A stretch of DNA of 64,000 nt. Source: Felis catus (lineage: Eukaryota). The notes under the pieces are model-generated. The model worked only from the letters and a program-made list of their open reading frames with translations. It was not told the DNA's origin and did not search any database. This document shows, in pieces, positions 27,620-41,104 of the stretch. The stretch spans positions 28,522,001 to 28,586,000 of the forward strand of contig NC_058383.1 of assembly GCF_018350175.1 (NCBI RefSeq). Direction: 5' to 3'. Within the stretch, counting starts at the first letter, position 1; each line of letters opens with the position of its first letter. The position numbers and the translations under genes were made by a program.

Positions 27620-28087
27620 TCAGGGGAAGCGTTTATCGAGCACTTACAGCTACTGAGGGTTATGCACGGATGAGCTCTTCACTCAACTGCCTTGTGAGGC
27701 GGAAACTATCACTGACCTCACTTTACAGATAAAGCCAGGCTCAGATAGGCCGACTGACCTGCCTCAAGGTCACACGGGTCAGAAGCAGACCTCAGGCCTG
27801 AACCCAGGGGTGCCTGACTCCAAAGCCCATTCACTCTTCACTCATTCTTTCACCATATATATATATATTTTTTAACTCAACGTGTGGAAAGTATTCGTGG
27901 GATTGCACACCCTCTGCAGATTGACTTTTAAGTAGAAACCGGACCTAAGTGCTTCCTTGTCCCACTGGAAGGGGGACAAACACCCAATTCCAGCTTTTCA
28001 GTCCTTAAAAGTCAAGCAACACTTTTTTTTTCGGTTTTAAATGCTAAGCCTGAATTATCTTTAAGTCGAATTAAGAGTAAGGAAATT

Positions 28088-28496
28088 AGGGGCGCTGGGT
28101 GGCACACACTTAAGCGTCCTACTTTGGCTCAGGTCATGATCTCCTGGCTCGTGAGTTCGAGCCCTGCGGCAGGCCTGGAGCCTGCTTTGCATTCTGTCTC
28201 CCGCTCTCTCTGCCCCTCCCCTGCTTGTACGCTGTCTCTCTCTCAAATATAAACATTAAAAAAAAAAAATTAGAGGGGCGCCTGGGTGGCTCAGTCGGTT
28301 GGGCGTCCGACTTCGGCTCGGATCATGATCTTGCGGTCCGTGGGTTTGGGCCCCTTGTCGGGCTCTGTGCTGACGGCTCAGAGCCTGGAGCCTGTTTCAG
28401 GTTCTGTGCCTCCCTCTTTCTCTGACCCTCCCCTATTCATACTCTCTATCTCAAAAATAAATAAATGTTAAAAAAATTTAAAAATAAATAAACAAA

Positions 28497-28535
<39 letters not shown>
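28088..28535 (+). mobile_element. Two tandem SINEs ending in a (TAAA)n microsatellite (~28484-28535)
   Basis: SINE heads at 28088 and 28275. Confidence 0.85.
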
Positions 28536-28962
28536 AATTAGGGAATTAGAGGGACTGGAATAAGACCTCCCAACGAAGAGTCTAAGAGCCCACAAGAAAT
28601 AAAAAGAAGAAATGCTGAACACACACTCTCCTCCCAAATATGGACGCAGAATCACTTCTTTCAAATTTAAAATCTGCAACGATCCATTTTGTTAGACACA
28701 GGGAGAAGTTCTTTCCTCACACACCGGGGAGGGGGCTGACCAGCTAAGGCGTCTGGAACCGACGGAGCCCCGCCGGAAAATCAGCTGGGAAGGAACACGG
28801 CGGTTTGCTTGGGACCACAGGCTCTGGTGCTCACATCCTAGGCCTGCTCCTTACTGGCCGTGTGACCTTGGTGGACACATTACTTGCCTTCCCTGAGGCT
28901 CAGCTTCCTCATCTGTAAAATGGGGTGACAACTGTTTCCTCACAGGGCCGTTTTGAGATTTA

Positions 28963-29259
<297 letters not shown>

Positions 29260-29264
29260 TTATA

Positions 29265-29690
29265 AATTTTTTTAATACTTATTCATTTTTATTTTTTTTT
29301 AATTTTTTTTCAACGTTTTTTATTTATTTTTGGGACAGAGAGAGACAGAGCATGAACGGGGGAGGGGCAGAGAGAGAGGGAGACACAGAATCGGAAACAG
29401 GCTCCAGGCTCCAAGCCCTTAGCCCAGAGCCTGACGCGGGGCTCGAACTCACGGACCGCGAGATCGTGACCTGGCTGAAGTCGGACGCTTAACCGACTGC
29501 GCCACCCAGGCGCCCCTACTTATTCATTTTTAAGAGAGACAGACAGAATGAGCACGGGAGGGCCCGAGGAAGGGGCACAGAATCCGAAGCAGGCTCCAGG
29601 CTCTGAGCTGTCAGCACAGAGCCCAACATGGGGCTTGAACTCCCCAGCCACGAGATCATGACCCAAGCCAAAGTCGGACACTTAACCCAA
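29265..29690 (-). mobile_element. Young felid SINE (29292-29516; TSD TACTTATTCATTTTTA at 29276-29291 and 29517-29532) inserted in the tail of an older SINE
   Basis: Perfect 16-bp TSD, near-consensus sequence. Confidence 0.9.
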
Positions 29691-31029
29691 TAATGGATCT
29701 TTAACAGGAAGGAAAAAAAAAATTCCTGAATTTTACGTCGGGTTAAATGATAAAACATTGCCAAAACTTGACATCAAAGGCAGACAAAATCCAGCCCACC
29801 CACAGGAAACATTCCACAAATAGACAAAACTACCAAGATTTTATTTATTTCATTCGAGGAGGAGCAAGGAAAAAAAAAAAGGAGCTGAGGACATTCTCCC
29901 AGGGTTCCAGTTTAGACACCCGGTGCCCCCACCATCCTCATCAGCAGAGACAAATCCTAAGAGAAGGAATGTCTTTGAGGAGGAGGATAAGGAGCCCGGT
30001 TTGGGACACTTCGGGCTTGAGAAGCCTGTGGCACATCTAGCAACAACAGTGGATGTGAGACTCTGGGGCGAACCCTGGGCTGACACAAATTTGAGAGTCC
30101 TGAGCCTGTAGCTGCTTCTTCCCTTTATCCTGTGATGGAACCGCCAGACAATCTAGGGAGGACTATTTATGGAACTCTGAGGAATGCCAACGTTTGCCTG
30201 GTAGGCAAAGAAAGAAACAGCAGTCAAAGGAGACAGCGGAGAAACAGAGGCAAGAACCAGACGGTGAGCTGTCCTGGGAGGACGTGGCATCTAGGGGAAA
30301 GGAGGGAATGTTCCCCAGTATCCACGACGCAACAGAGAAGCTAAGATAAGGGCTGGAAAATATCCAGGAGACTTCGCGAAAGAAATGTCGGTCACCGGTG
30401 ACGTGGGCAAGGGTAGTTTCAACACAGAGGAGGAGGGAGGAGGAATAAACGGGGTGGAATTACCAGGAGGCAAAGAAGAGGAAGTAGAGGGAATTTTGGA
30501 GAAGTGGGTGTGAGAAGACAAAAGGGAGGGGAGCTACAGGGTAGGGGGTGGGAATGGGGCCTTGGCTCTGAGGGCTCAGAGAAATGCAGGAGAGGCTAGA
30601 GCACACACAGATCTTGCCCGACAGCTGTCAGGTCACAGACTCCCTGCTGATAGAGCCTCTCCGTGCAAAAGCTTATTCCCTGAACTTATGTAAGGCTCTG
30701 AACTTGTCAAAAATGCAAATGAGCGGTCTCCAAGGTCCCTTCCTTCCCTCCAGAGAGCTCTCGGTCTGGTGTGTGTCCTTCAGGACCAAAGAATGAATGC
30801 AACCCCTCATTCCGCAAGACATAGCAAGCTGTATTTTTGACTACAAATATGAATCATTCAGCTAAATAAGTTAGTGTTGGCATGGACAAAATCACCAACT
30901 TCTGGATCCCTGGTTAAAAAAAAAAATCAAACAATCACAATTCTATTTGAGTGCAGCACTTCTTGATAAACAGATTTGTTAGTACCAATATTCACATCTT
31001 CTTCGTAATTTCTCTCCCTTCCCTATTCC

Positions 31030-32075
31030 AGGGACAACATGCTTGTTTCCCACCCCACCCCCACGCCCTTTTGGGAAACAGAGTCTGTCTGAAAGCTTGA
31101 TGGAAGCACAGAAGCTGGGTAGAACAGAATGCTGTTCATTCGTTATTGTCTTTTTTTCCAGTCCAGCATTTTTTGTTCCATCTTTCTGTAACAACACCCT
31201 TATCTTGGGGAAACCAACCCTATGTTCATTCCAGAGTGATTCAGATGTACTAGATTGACTCAGTATCAGCATCTGGGAGGAGGCACATGATGGAATGGAT
31301 GTCTCCATCATCAGCCTAATCTCTGCTGAGCCAATGATAGGGGTGGGCCTAACCCAAACTAGGTCAGTGATTGGTTCACGGGTGGTCCCAACCCCAACTG
31401 AGCCAAAGACAGGGGTGGGCCTAACCCAAGCAGGGCCAATCAGTGTCCAGGCATAGGGCTTTTGCAGAGCCAACGAGAAACACACCCTCCGTGTTAACTA
31501 ATCTTATTGCGGTAATCGGCTCCCAATATATACATGTATCCACATGTCATGCTACACTAACAGGTGCGCCTGGGTGGCTCAGTCGGTTAAGCGTCCAACT
31601 CTTGGTTTTGGCTCAGGTCATGAGCTCATGGTTGGTGGTTCTGAGCCTTGTATCAAGCTTCACGCTAACAGTACAGAGCCTGCCTGGGATTCTCTCTCAA
31701 AATAAATAAACTTTAAAAAAAAGAAAAAACCAAATCATCATGCTATATACCTTAAACTTACACAACGTTATACATCAATTATATCTCCATAGAGCTGGGA
31801 GGAACAAAGACAGACATTCTTTCCACTAGGGTAAGGCAGTAGGAGGTAAGCCTGGAGTTGTCCGTGGTCATTCCTCCACCACAAAGGAGGGGTCGGCCAG
31901 AGAATGAAGCCAAAACCGAGGAAAGCAACGCCAACAGGTGGAGACACTGGGTCCTGATGACATCATTTGAACACCTGGACCCAGTCATACCTGATTTAAG
32001 GTTATGACAGATGACCAACTCCCTTTCTTGAATGTGCCAGTTAGGGTTGGATTGTTGCCCCAAGAATCCTAATGA
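31030..32075. mobile_element. Ancient ERVL/MaLR-type solo LTR remnant interrupted by an L1 3' fragment and a SINE (~31500-31790)
   Basis: Repeated ggggtgggcctaacccaa / ccaatcag motifs and gagaatgaagcc...ggtcctgatgacatcatttgaacacctgga motif; family assignment uncertain. Confidence 0.55.
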
Positions 32076-33299
32076 AGGTAAGTAGTGAATGATCTCCTTC
32101 ATTGGAAGTAAAAGGAATAGAGCAGCTGGAATGTAAATGACAGTAATTAACGTGGCAATGGGTGAGGGTAAACTTAGGTCTGGTAGGTACTCCCTGCTGG
32201 AGCCCGAAGCTCTAATAAGCCCAGATCTCATCTAATACCAAGGCACAAACCAGTGCCGACAATGTCAAGAGCCCGCGCGAGTGAGCACCGCGTGGCCACT
32301 GATTATCTTACTGAGGACAGTCTCAAATGCGTGGCACGGGGGTCTGTGTAGTAGGGCAAGAAAGTGAGGAACAATGGGTGTAGGCGGACTTTTCCCGCTG
32401 TTTGGAAAAACAACATGTCCAATATTCAATGTAATTAGTTCGTGCATACTTCTCGAAACGTTCTCTACCCCAGACCCCAATCATTAGCTTACGTTCAAGC
32501 CACGTTGCCTTCTTTCTGTTCCTTGAACATACCTCGCTTGCTCCCACCTCAGGGCCTTTGCACGTGTTATTCTCTGCCTGGAATGCTTCTTCCTCAGATC
32601 TATGCCCAGGTGTCCCTCTTATCATTCAGATCTCAGCTGAACCGCCTTCCCCGAAGAGACCTTATTTTAATGCCCCACCTAATACCCCCTCCAGCCCTTC
32701 TCTCTTATAGTAACCTCTGCTTTCTATCATCATTTTGAGTTTTTTGTTCATCTTCCCCCATGGGAATACCATTTGTTGAGCACAAGGGCCTTCTCTGTCT
32801 TGCTTTTTTATCCCAATGCCTAGAAGAGTGCCTGGCATGTAACAGGCACTAATAAATGCTTGTGGAATGGTACTAGCAGGAAGAGGATGTCAGGTGAAGG
32901 AAAGGCAGGAAGCCAGAAAGCTCTCAAGACCAGTTTATGGCTGACATCTGTAAATCCTTAAGATGCTCGTTAGGATGGGGAAAGCTCCACTCTCCCTCAG
33001 CACCTGAGTGGCATCTCTTTAGCTGGAAGGATCTGGGGGAGAAGATACCATGTTGGAAACTACCCCCTTCCCGGGTTTACTAGAGGAGTATCTCATACTG
33101 GAGTTTAATAACCTTCATCCTGAACTCTTATGACAGATGAGTTTTAGGGAGAAAAAGCTTCCTAAAACATTTACTGTAGCCGGTGAGAACTAAAACTGAA
33201 TCCTCAGGAAGGGACTTTGAGATGTTTTAAGAGGTATTTCCACTGTGAGAGAGGCTCTAATTACAACCATGCTGATGGAAAAGCTCTGGTTGTTTTTTA

Positions 33300-33505
33300 T
33301 TAAAAAAAATTTAATGTTTTGTTTCTTTTTGAGAGAGAGACAGAGCACCAGCAGGAGAGGGGCTGAGAGAGAGGGAGACGAGGAATCTGAAGCAGGCTCC
33401 AAGCTGTCAGCACAGAGCCCGATGAGGGCCTCGAATCCACGAACTGCAAGATCATGACCTGAGCCCAGGTCGGACGCTTCACCTACCGAGCCAGCCAGGT
33501 GCCCC
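33300..33505 (-). mobile_element. CAN/SINEC SINE
   Basis: Reverse SINE consensus. Confidence 0.85.
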
Positions 33506-35476
33506 TGGTTTTGGACTTCAGGGCGAGGGCAGGGGAAGCTAAGCAGAGACCTGAGCTCCTACCGGAGCCTGCACAATCTGTAACTAATTCAACTCAAGGA
33601 CCAAAACCACAGGCCTGGCATTTCAACCAGAAACCCCTGCACTGGAATAACAATCCTTAGGGAAGAGGAAAAACATGTTATAGAGGAAGAAGTAACAGCT
33701 GAACCTCACTTTGCTATGCAATAACAATCTTAAAAAGAGGTATGATTTTTGAAACGTCTCACATTCTAATGCGCATTATTCTTTGCCATGGAAAGCAAGT
33801 AAGAGGACTCGCAAAGACTTCCTTCTCCCGGCATAATTTCCTCAAGTGTATCACCAGCTTCCATTAGCCGTGTGCTGGGCACCTAGGAAGTTATCTTCAA
33901 GTTTATGCTCTTTCAGCCGTTCGACTGCAAGAGTAAGCAAGTCAGTCTCTGGGGTTCTTAGGACCGGGAACTGGAGCAGAGACACGGCATACCTTGGCCA
34001 TCTCCACAGGCACGAGCCAATGGCAGAGGCACCCCAAACCCAAGTGCAAGTTGGGGGAGGGTGTTGTCTTTGAATCCCAGTTCAAGATCTCCTTGGGGTT
34101 GCAAACAGGCTAATGAGAGGTCAGATTCACCCGTTCCATCTGGCCCACACAGTCTTTTAAAAGGCGCTGTGGCAGGCAGCTGTAAACGCTGGGTCTCAGT
34201 ATATACAACTCTGTAGCCACTAGCTTAAAAAATGAGCGAGTGCTCCTGCCTTTCTTCCTTTTGTGCTACGAGCGTTACGGGCCTTCTGCCTCCCGGCTTG
34301 TGCTCTCAACACACCATCGTGCCACCGTGTCCCAGCAGCTCTGTGGACAAACCTAATGGGTACCTCAAAAGTACATGCTACGGTATGCAAGGAGGAACAA
34401 GCTGGGAGCAAGAAGCTAGAAAAGCATACATTCTCCACTTGGCATCGCTTAGATCTCCTACTCCTACAAAAATGTGTTTCCGCAAGCTGAAAACATACTT
34501 GAGACACACATACCTTTGATTTCAAAACCCTAGAAAACACAAAGCAATGTCCCTTGGCTCTCCTCTCAGCGAAGAAAGCCAGCACGGCTGGTCAGGAGCA
34601 AAATACATGTATAAACTATCAAGAAGTAACTCGCCGCCCTTCACCCCAGCCTCAAATCCTTCCCAATCCAAACACACAGAAGAGCCGAAGGGAAAGGGAG
34701 GGAGGCAAAGACACTGCCAAACGTCAGCACGTGCTTCCCCAGCTTCTGGCGGGTGCAGGGGGGTGACGCGGGCTCTGCATTTTGCAGAAGTGGCATCACT
34801 GGGGCAACACCAGTCAAGAGTCAGCAAGTCTGGCTTCTGTCTCTGTGCTTTCAAAGTCTGTAATGATCTTCCTACAAAAATACTTAGATAGGCATGCAAG
34901 GACATATACTCGAGGGTGTACGCCATCATCCACTGATGTGGAAAATTGGAGAAACTCAACTGTCAACAGGGGACTGCCTGGAAAATTATGCAGTTGTTAA
35001 GAATCATACGAACTAATATGGAAGAAAGTTCATGCTATGTTAAGAAAGGGTGCCTGTTTCGTTTATAAATGAATCTCGCTCTCCCTGCGTACATGAAAAG
35101 GGTCTGGAAGCTTGTACCAGATGGGGTAAAGCAGGCAAATAGATCAGAGCCTGTAACTGACACAATGCTAAATACATTGATTTTTATGGTAAGCATATAT
35201 TGCCTTTGAAATTTTAAAAAGCTTAAACTGGGATCAAAAAAATAGAACGGCTGTTGTTCCAGGATAATTTTATTCTACTGAATCAAGATGCCAAGGGAAG
35301 AATTTTCCCTACTGTGGCTTCTCTCTCCACCCCTTCTCAAACATTTCCAAACACCTACTAAGTGCCAGGCGCTGCTGGGACAGGCAGAGACGAAGCACCC
35401 ACGTCAGGTCTAGGTGCAAACAGTACTAGCTGCTGACACAAACCTTCTGCATGCAGCCCCGCTCGCGTTAGGAAAG

Positions 35477-35530
35477 TATCTGGTAAGGAAAGGGAGTGTA
35501 ATCTATCTGGTAAGGAAAGGGAGTGTAATC
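35477..35530. repeat. Perfect 27-bp tandem duplication (TATCTGGTAAGGAAAGGGAGTGTAATC)x2
   Basis: Read directly. Confidence 0.95.
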
Positions 35531-36569
35531 TCCCTGGGCTCACACATTTCAACGCGAAAGAACACACTTTGGAAACAAAAATAACATCCTAAGAGAATCA
35601 GCCAAGTTAAGAAACTAATATCCAAAATGAGAGAATAAAAAATGCCAAGGAGAGGCCTCTGAGACCTCAAGGATCTAATGCTACACGAGTGACACAGACA
35701 CACTAAGAGGAAAGATTTAAGTTTCAATCCCGATTGAATACCAGGGTGGTGGTGGGGGCAGAAAAGTGGCTCTGGGAGCCACTGGGATCCAATTGCTCTT
35801 CAAAGAACCCTACCCGTGTCCTAAAATGCCATCCTATCCAAGAATACAGAAACAAAACCAGCATAGAAAATGACAAATTTCTGCCCAGTGCGCGCCGTAA
35901 AAGGCCATTTCTTTAGAAAGGAAGTTAAAAGGGGCCTCGAGGCTAAAAGTAGAAAGAGGCACAACCTGGTACAAACCCTGGACAAAGAAATCAGGGAAGC
36001 GCAGACCCTCAGGAGGCAGAGAACTTGAGATGACTGGAGAAGATAAGGTAGCTTCCCAAGGTGATGGCGGGATTTCCCATGACCTCGGAGAGGCAGGTGA
36101 GCCCCACGACTGCATTCAAACTGTATATTAAGCGTTTTCATCCTTTATCCAATCCTTCCCCTAAGTGCTGTCAGGGGAAATCTGAACCTTCCCGCAGCAG
36201 AGATCTGAGAGAAGCAGAGGGAAGGAGGCTGTTCCAAACACGTTCCCGAAGACAGGGAGATGCCAAGGAGGGGGGAGGTTTTTGGAAAGAGGCCTGCACT
36301 GAGGGTGGAAGTAGCAAGGGGCAGTGGACGAGAAGGGGGGGGAGGAGGGACGAGAAGGAGGGGGGAGTTTGGGGCAGCAGGAAGAAAGGAGGTGGCGGGG
36401 ACCGAGAAAAGGCCGAAAACAGCGAGAAGAGAGACTAGGGGAGTCAAAGGGCAGCCTCCGGTGGGGGTGAGAGGAGGGTTGGAGGGCAAAGGAGCCGGGC
36501 AGCGGGGACTGGGGACGAGGAGGAGAGCAGGTCGGAGAGAGGCCAGCGCTAAAAGAGAAAGGAAGCTGG

Positions 36570-37150
36570 CAAAGGCGAGAGGTGGGCGCGAGGACACAAA
36601 GGTGGGAAGGCACAAAGTTAGCAAGGGAGGCTCCAGAGAGCGGGACTTTTGAGCCCAGCGCCCGGGAAGCGCGGAGCGCGGGCAGCCGGGAAGCGACGGG
36701 AAAGCGAGGGGCGCGGCAGGTTCCCTGCAAGGCGGCTCCTGGGAGTCCCGAGAGCGCGGCGGGCGCCAGGGCAGGCGGAAGAGTTTCCCGGCGGTGGCGG
36801 CGGTCCCGGGACGGCCCCCACCCCCGGCCCCCGCAGCCCCGAACTTACCCGGGCTTGGTTCGCGAGGACGGGCGGCGGCGGCAGCAGCAGACTGCGCTGC
36901 CCCGGCCTCTAGCCACCGCCACCGCCCCCGCGCCCGCGGCGGGCGGCGTCCATTGGCTGCCGCGCCGCGGGACCGCGTCCGCCTCGGCCAATCAGCGCCT
37001 AGCAGCGCGGTTTGGAAACTTTTTTCCCAGGCCAGGGCGCGGCGTGGCCACGCGGCTGCACTGGGCCAGCCCCGGCTTGGGAGGCTCCGGCTGCTGGGCA
37101 GGGACCTGGCCAGCCTTGGATTGTGCAGGCGGGTCCCTGGACATCCCGGG
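36570..37150. promoter_or_regulatory. CpG island / NDE1 proximal promoter with CCAAT (NF-Y) boxes at 36952-36956 and 36988-36992 and GC boxes
   Basis: Very high GC and CpG density; ATTGG and CCAAT motifs 36 bp apart. Confidence 0.85.
36849..36940 (-). other. NDE1: NDE1 non-coding exon 1 (5' boundary approximate)
   Basis: Strong donor CGG|gtaagt at 36848 inside a CpG island, just downstream of two CCAAT boxes. Confidence 0.7.
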
Positions 37151-38269
37151 ACGGGCTTGGACTTGAGGGCCACGCTCTTCAAGAAAATGCGACTCCCTCC
37201 CCTAAACACCGATAGCATTTTCCCCAAATGGAGGGAAGGACAAAGATCCAGGTCCGCTTAGGCTAAGCAACGCTCCATGTCCTTTACACCCAAAATAAAA
37301 ATTTCAACATCATTGTCTTCTTCAAGGAGAGTAGACCTAGAGTATGTTTGGTTTCCAGCCTGGCTTTGAATTCTGGCTTTACTCCTACTAGCTGGTTGAT
37401 CTTGGGCAACTGACCTAGACACTCTGACTTAGTTTCCTCATGTCTAACACGGGGGTTCATAATAGGATTCTACCTACGGGTTATGTGGAGACAAAATGAG
37501 GTAACTTGGAGTTTGTAAAACGTTTAGGACAATACCTAGCACACAGTTAAATACAGTCTATGTAATTGTTAAGCCCTTGTGATTTGCTTATTGGTTGTGT
37601 CAGGCACAATGCTAACCTCTTGACATGGGTTTTCTTACTTAATTCTCATAACAATCCTAATTGTTCACCAACAAATATTTATTGAGCAATCAGGCTTATG
37701 ACACAATGTCAGACAAGATGCCAATCCTCAAAAGGCTATGCTAAAAGCAAGAGAGAAAACCAGCGAACGGTAAAATAATTTCAGATGTTAGTAAGTGCTA
37801 AGAATAAAGCAAGGTCACTTGATAGAAAAGGGCTGAGAGAGGTCACTTCACATAGTCAGGAAAGTCTGCTCTATGGAGGTGACAATGGACCTGAGACCCA
37901 GATAATGAGGACCACAGAAAAGCACTTTTATTGTCCTCATTTTAAAGATGAGAAAATAAAGGTGCAGGAAATTAAATGCATTGCCTAAGGTGTTCCACTT
38001 AGTAATTACAAATCAGTCCTTAAACCTGGGTCTGTTTGACTCCTACACCCACATTCTTCAGCACTACCCTAGAGGCAAAGAGATTTTTAGCTATTTTGAG
38101 GCCTCTCTCCACACTCCTGGAATCCTTCCTACCTCCCTGCCTTGGGTAAGACTGACCTTTCTCTAATTTGACTTCATTTTGACTCTTTGCTAGTTCCCAA
38201 AGCTCAGAGACCCAAAAGGGAACATCACTACCTATATCAACAGGGTTAAGGAAAAGTACCAAAATGTCT

Positions 38270-38493
38270 TTTTTTTTTAATTTTTTTTTAACTTTTATTT
38301 ATTTTTGAGACAGAGAGAGACAGAGCATGAACTGGGGAGGAGCAGATAGAGAGGGAGACACGGAATCTGAAACAGGCTCCAGGCTCTGAGCTGTCAGCAC
38401 AGAGCCCGACGCGGGGCTCAAACTCTTGGACCGTGAGATCGTGACCTGAGCCGAAGTCGGACGCCCAACCGACCAAGCCACCCAGGCGTCCCC
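38270..38493 (-). mobile_element. Felid SINE, TSD CCAAAATGTCTTTT
   Basis: Reverse SINE consensus with TSD. Confidence 0.88.
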
Positions 38494-40413
38494 CAAAATG
38501 TCTTTTAGGAAACTTCCATCCTGGTCACAAACACTAATATTTGCAGCCTCTTGATACTTTTCCTCTGATGCTTTCTTTCACTCTCAGAATTTTATTTGAC
38601 TCTCTCTATTCCCTGGGGTTTCTGGGCAGGGAGTAATCATCCCAGTTTACAGATAAACTGAAGCACAAATCGATGAGTTTGCCCTACCTAAATGTCATTG
38701 ATCATGTCACTTAAACTAGTTTCCAATTTCCTTCATTTTCCACAAAGACAACAGGGAGGATACTGAAAATGATCATGAAAATCCTCTTCAGAAATACTTT
38801 AGGGAAATGGATTGGTTATTGGGTAAAACCTTTAAAATGAAATGAAAATTTTGGTGCACTTTAAAACCTTTTCCTCCCTTTATTCAATTTGTTTTCCTTG
38901 TAGCTTTTACATATTAAGAATTAGCATTAGAATAATTAGAATTAGCAGAGAGTTGTTTTTCTTGCTTATGTCCTTCCATCATAATTTATTGTTGCAAAAC
39001 ACTGAACTGAACATAGGCAGGAGAGAAGTTGCTGGGGGAGAAACTCCTGTAGTGGCAGCGAGATTAATTGAGGTGAATTAAATGTAAAGTAGCCGCTTAA
39101 ATAGCCCCCAAAAGAAAACTTCATCCCGGTTTCATAAATGTGAAGATTATAATTTGTACAGTAACTGAAAGTTACTCTCTGATAAAAGAGTTTGCCCAGG
39201 AAAGAAACAGGAGTAAGATTAACAGGGCCTATATTTAAGAAAATAGATCTTCAGAAAAATGTGAAAGCACTCTTTCACAAGTATCAAATTGCATTTCACT
39301 TCACAATTGCTTCCAAGCGCTGGTGTCCTCTGCTTAGGCGGTTTTTCTACAGAAAACACTAAAACTGCATCTCATCAAAAATTATTTGTAACTCAGACTT
39401 TTCATTAACTTTCCATAACCGATTGGTTCCGTTTTATTGACTGCATTTAACTTGTTGAGATCAGGCACAGTTCTGGGCTTGAAAGAATGCCAAGCAAAGT
39501 CCAACAAAATGTGTCTGCTCTGTATTGTTCTTGCGACTAAAAGTCTTTTTTAAAAGGCAATTAAAATCCACAATTACTTTGTTTCCTTTTTATATTTTCA
39601 GTTACTTTGGTCTCTGTTTAGAGGTACTCAACTGCAATAAAAAGAAAAACTCCTCCAAAGAGAAGCATTATTTGTTTCGTACTTTGGGAGAGAAAACAAA
39701 ACAAAACCACACTAGACACAGGGCTGTTTTTCCTGTTCTAATTCCCACTTGGAAAATAATACCCACACACAGACACAGCGAAGATTTACTCAGCAGTAAT
39801 AAATACCTAAGCAGGCAGATGATGTGTGTGCTTGTCATCTGCCTTCTGGAAAGTGAAAGGCAAGCACGAACGGTGCTTCAGCTGCGTGTTTGATCTTGCC
39901 CTCCACAATAGGCGTCTACAAGGACGTCTACAGGGATGGATCAGCTTCCCCTGAAATTTCCCCCACTTAATGCGAATTGCCTAATGAAATTGCCTCACCC
40001 CGCAGCCTGGGGGTGGGGGAGGGGTGGGGAGGGGAATCTCATTGGGTGGTTTCTGCTTATTCTTCTGCAAAATTCATCCGTTTTCTCAGCAAACTTCTAG
40101 GTCGAACTCAGCCAGCACATCTTAAATAGGTCTGGATTTAGACAGGCGCTTTGTTTTTCTCATGGGCAACAGGAAATCGCGAGCAGTTGGCAGTTTCAAA
40201 AATGACCATGGTGCTGAGCTTTAAAACCCTTCAGGTCACAGTAAAGACTGCGAAGCACCTACCCCACCACCACCACCGCAACCATGGCACATGCATCCAC
40301 CTAAAACCCAAACTGTCACTGGCTTCCCAGGGCTTCCCCCAACCGGTCCCTGGAAAAGTTCACATGCGTTGGAACGAACTCCGGACCAGCGCTTTCAAAA
40401 AATGATGTTTTCT

Positions 40414-40630
40414 GGGGCGCCTGGGTGGCTCAGTCGGTTAAGGCCCCACTTTGGCTCAGGTCATGATCTGGCGGTTCAGGAGTTCAAGCCCCACTTCGGG
40501 CTCTCTGCTGTCCGCACAGAACGGGGTTCCGATCGTCTGTCCCCGTCCTCCCCGCCCCTCCCTTCAAGCACGCTTCTGCGGGCGCTCTCTCTTAAAAAAA
40601 AAAAAACAAAAAAAACAAAAACCACACATT
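40414..40630 (+). mobile_element. SINE at the edge of the CpG island, retaining many CpGs
   Basis: SINE head and tail, degenerate TSD AAAAATGA(T/C)G(T/C)TTTT. Confidence 0.85.
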
Positions 40631-41104
40631 AAAAATGACGCTTTTTAACTAAAATCACGAGGACCCCTTCAGAGTAGGTGACACTGTCCCGCCGACTCCG
40701 GGTCCACATCTTCATTTCTGCCAGTGGGGCAAGAAGCCCCGCTGGCAGTTATTTTTCTCTCCTCTCGCCGCTAGGTCGCACTAGATTAAGGATGTTGTGG
40801 AAAATATGCGTCATTTCATTAAAAAAAAAAAAAAAAAAAAGTAGACTCGTCACGTGACGAGAGCAGGGAGCGAGGGAGAGCGGAACGCGCGCCAAAACGA
40901 CTTTTTTTTTTTTTTTTTAATCGAAACCCCACTTAAACCGTCTTCCCTCAAAAGACCGAAAGAGCTGAATTGTACCAATTCCCGGTTGGGAGGTTTTTTT
41001 CCCCCCCGGTTCCACCTCACAAGCCCCCTCATTCTTCGCTTTCAGGTTCCTTTCCACTCCACCGCGATAAGCAAGGGAGAAGGCCTCCTTAAACTTGGGG
41101 TTTT

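Noticed and set aside
28634..28643. Consensus CArG box CCAAATATGG in NDE1 intron 2 as an MYH11 enhancer
   Set aside because: Isolated 10-mer among repeats; a few are expected by chance in 64 kb.
31326..31445. Repeated ggggtgggcctaacccaa units resembling a spaced repeat array
   Set aside because: Internal repeats of an old LTR remnant; only two copies, not CRISPR-like.
36145..37261. Long overlapping ORFs (360, 194, 189 and 155 aa)
   Set aside because: They lie in the GC-rich NDE1 CpG island where stops are rare; low-complexity Arg/Pro/Ala/Gly peptides open on both strands, with no domain signal.
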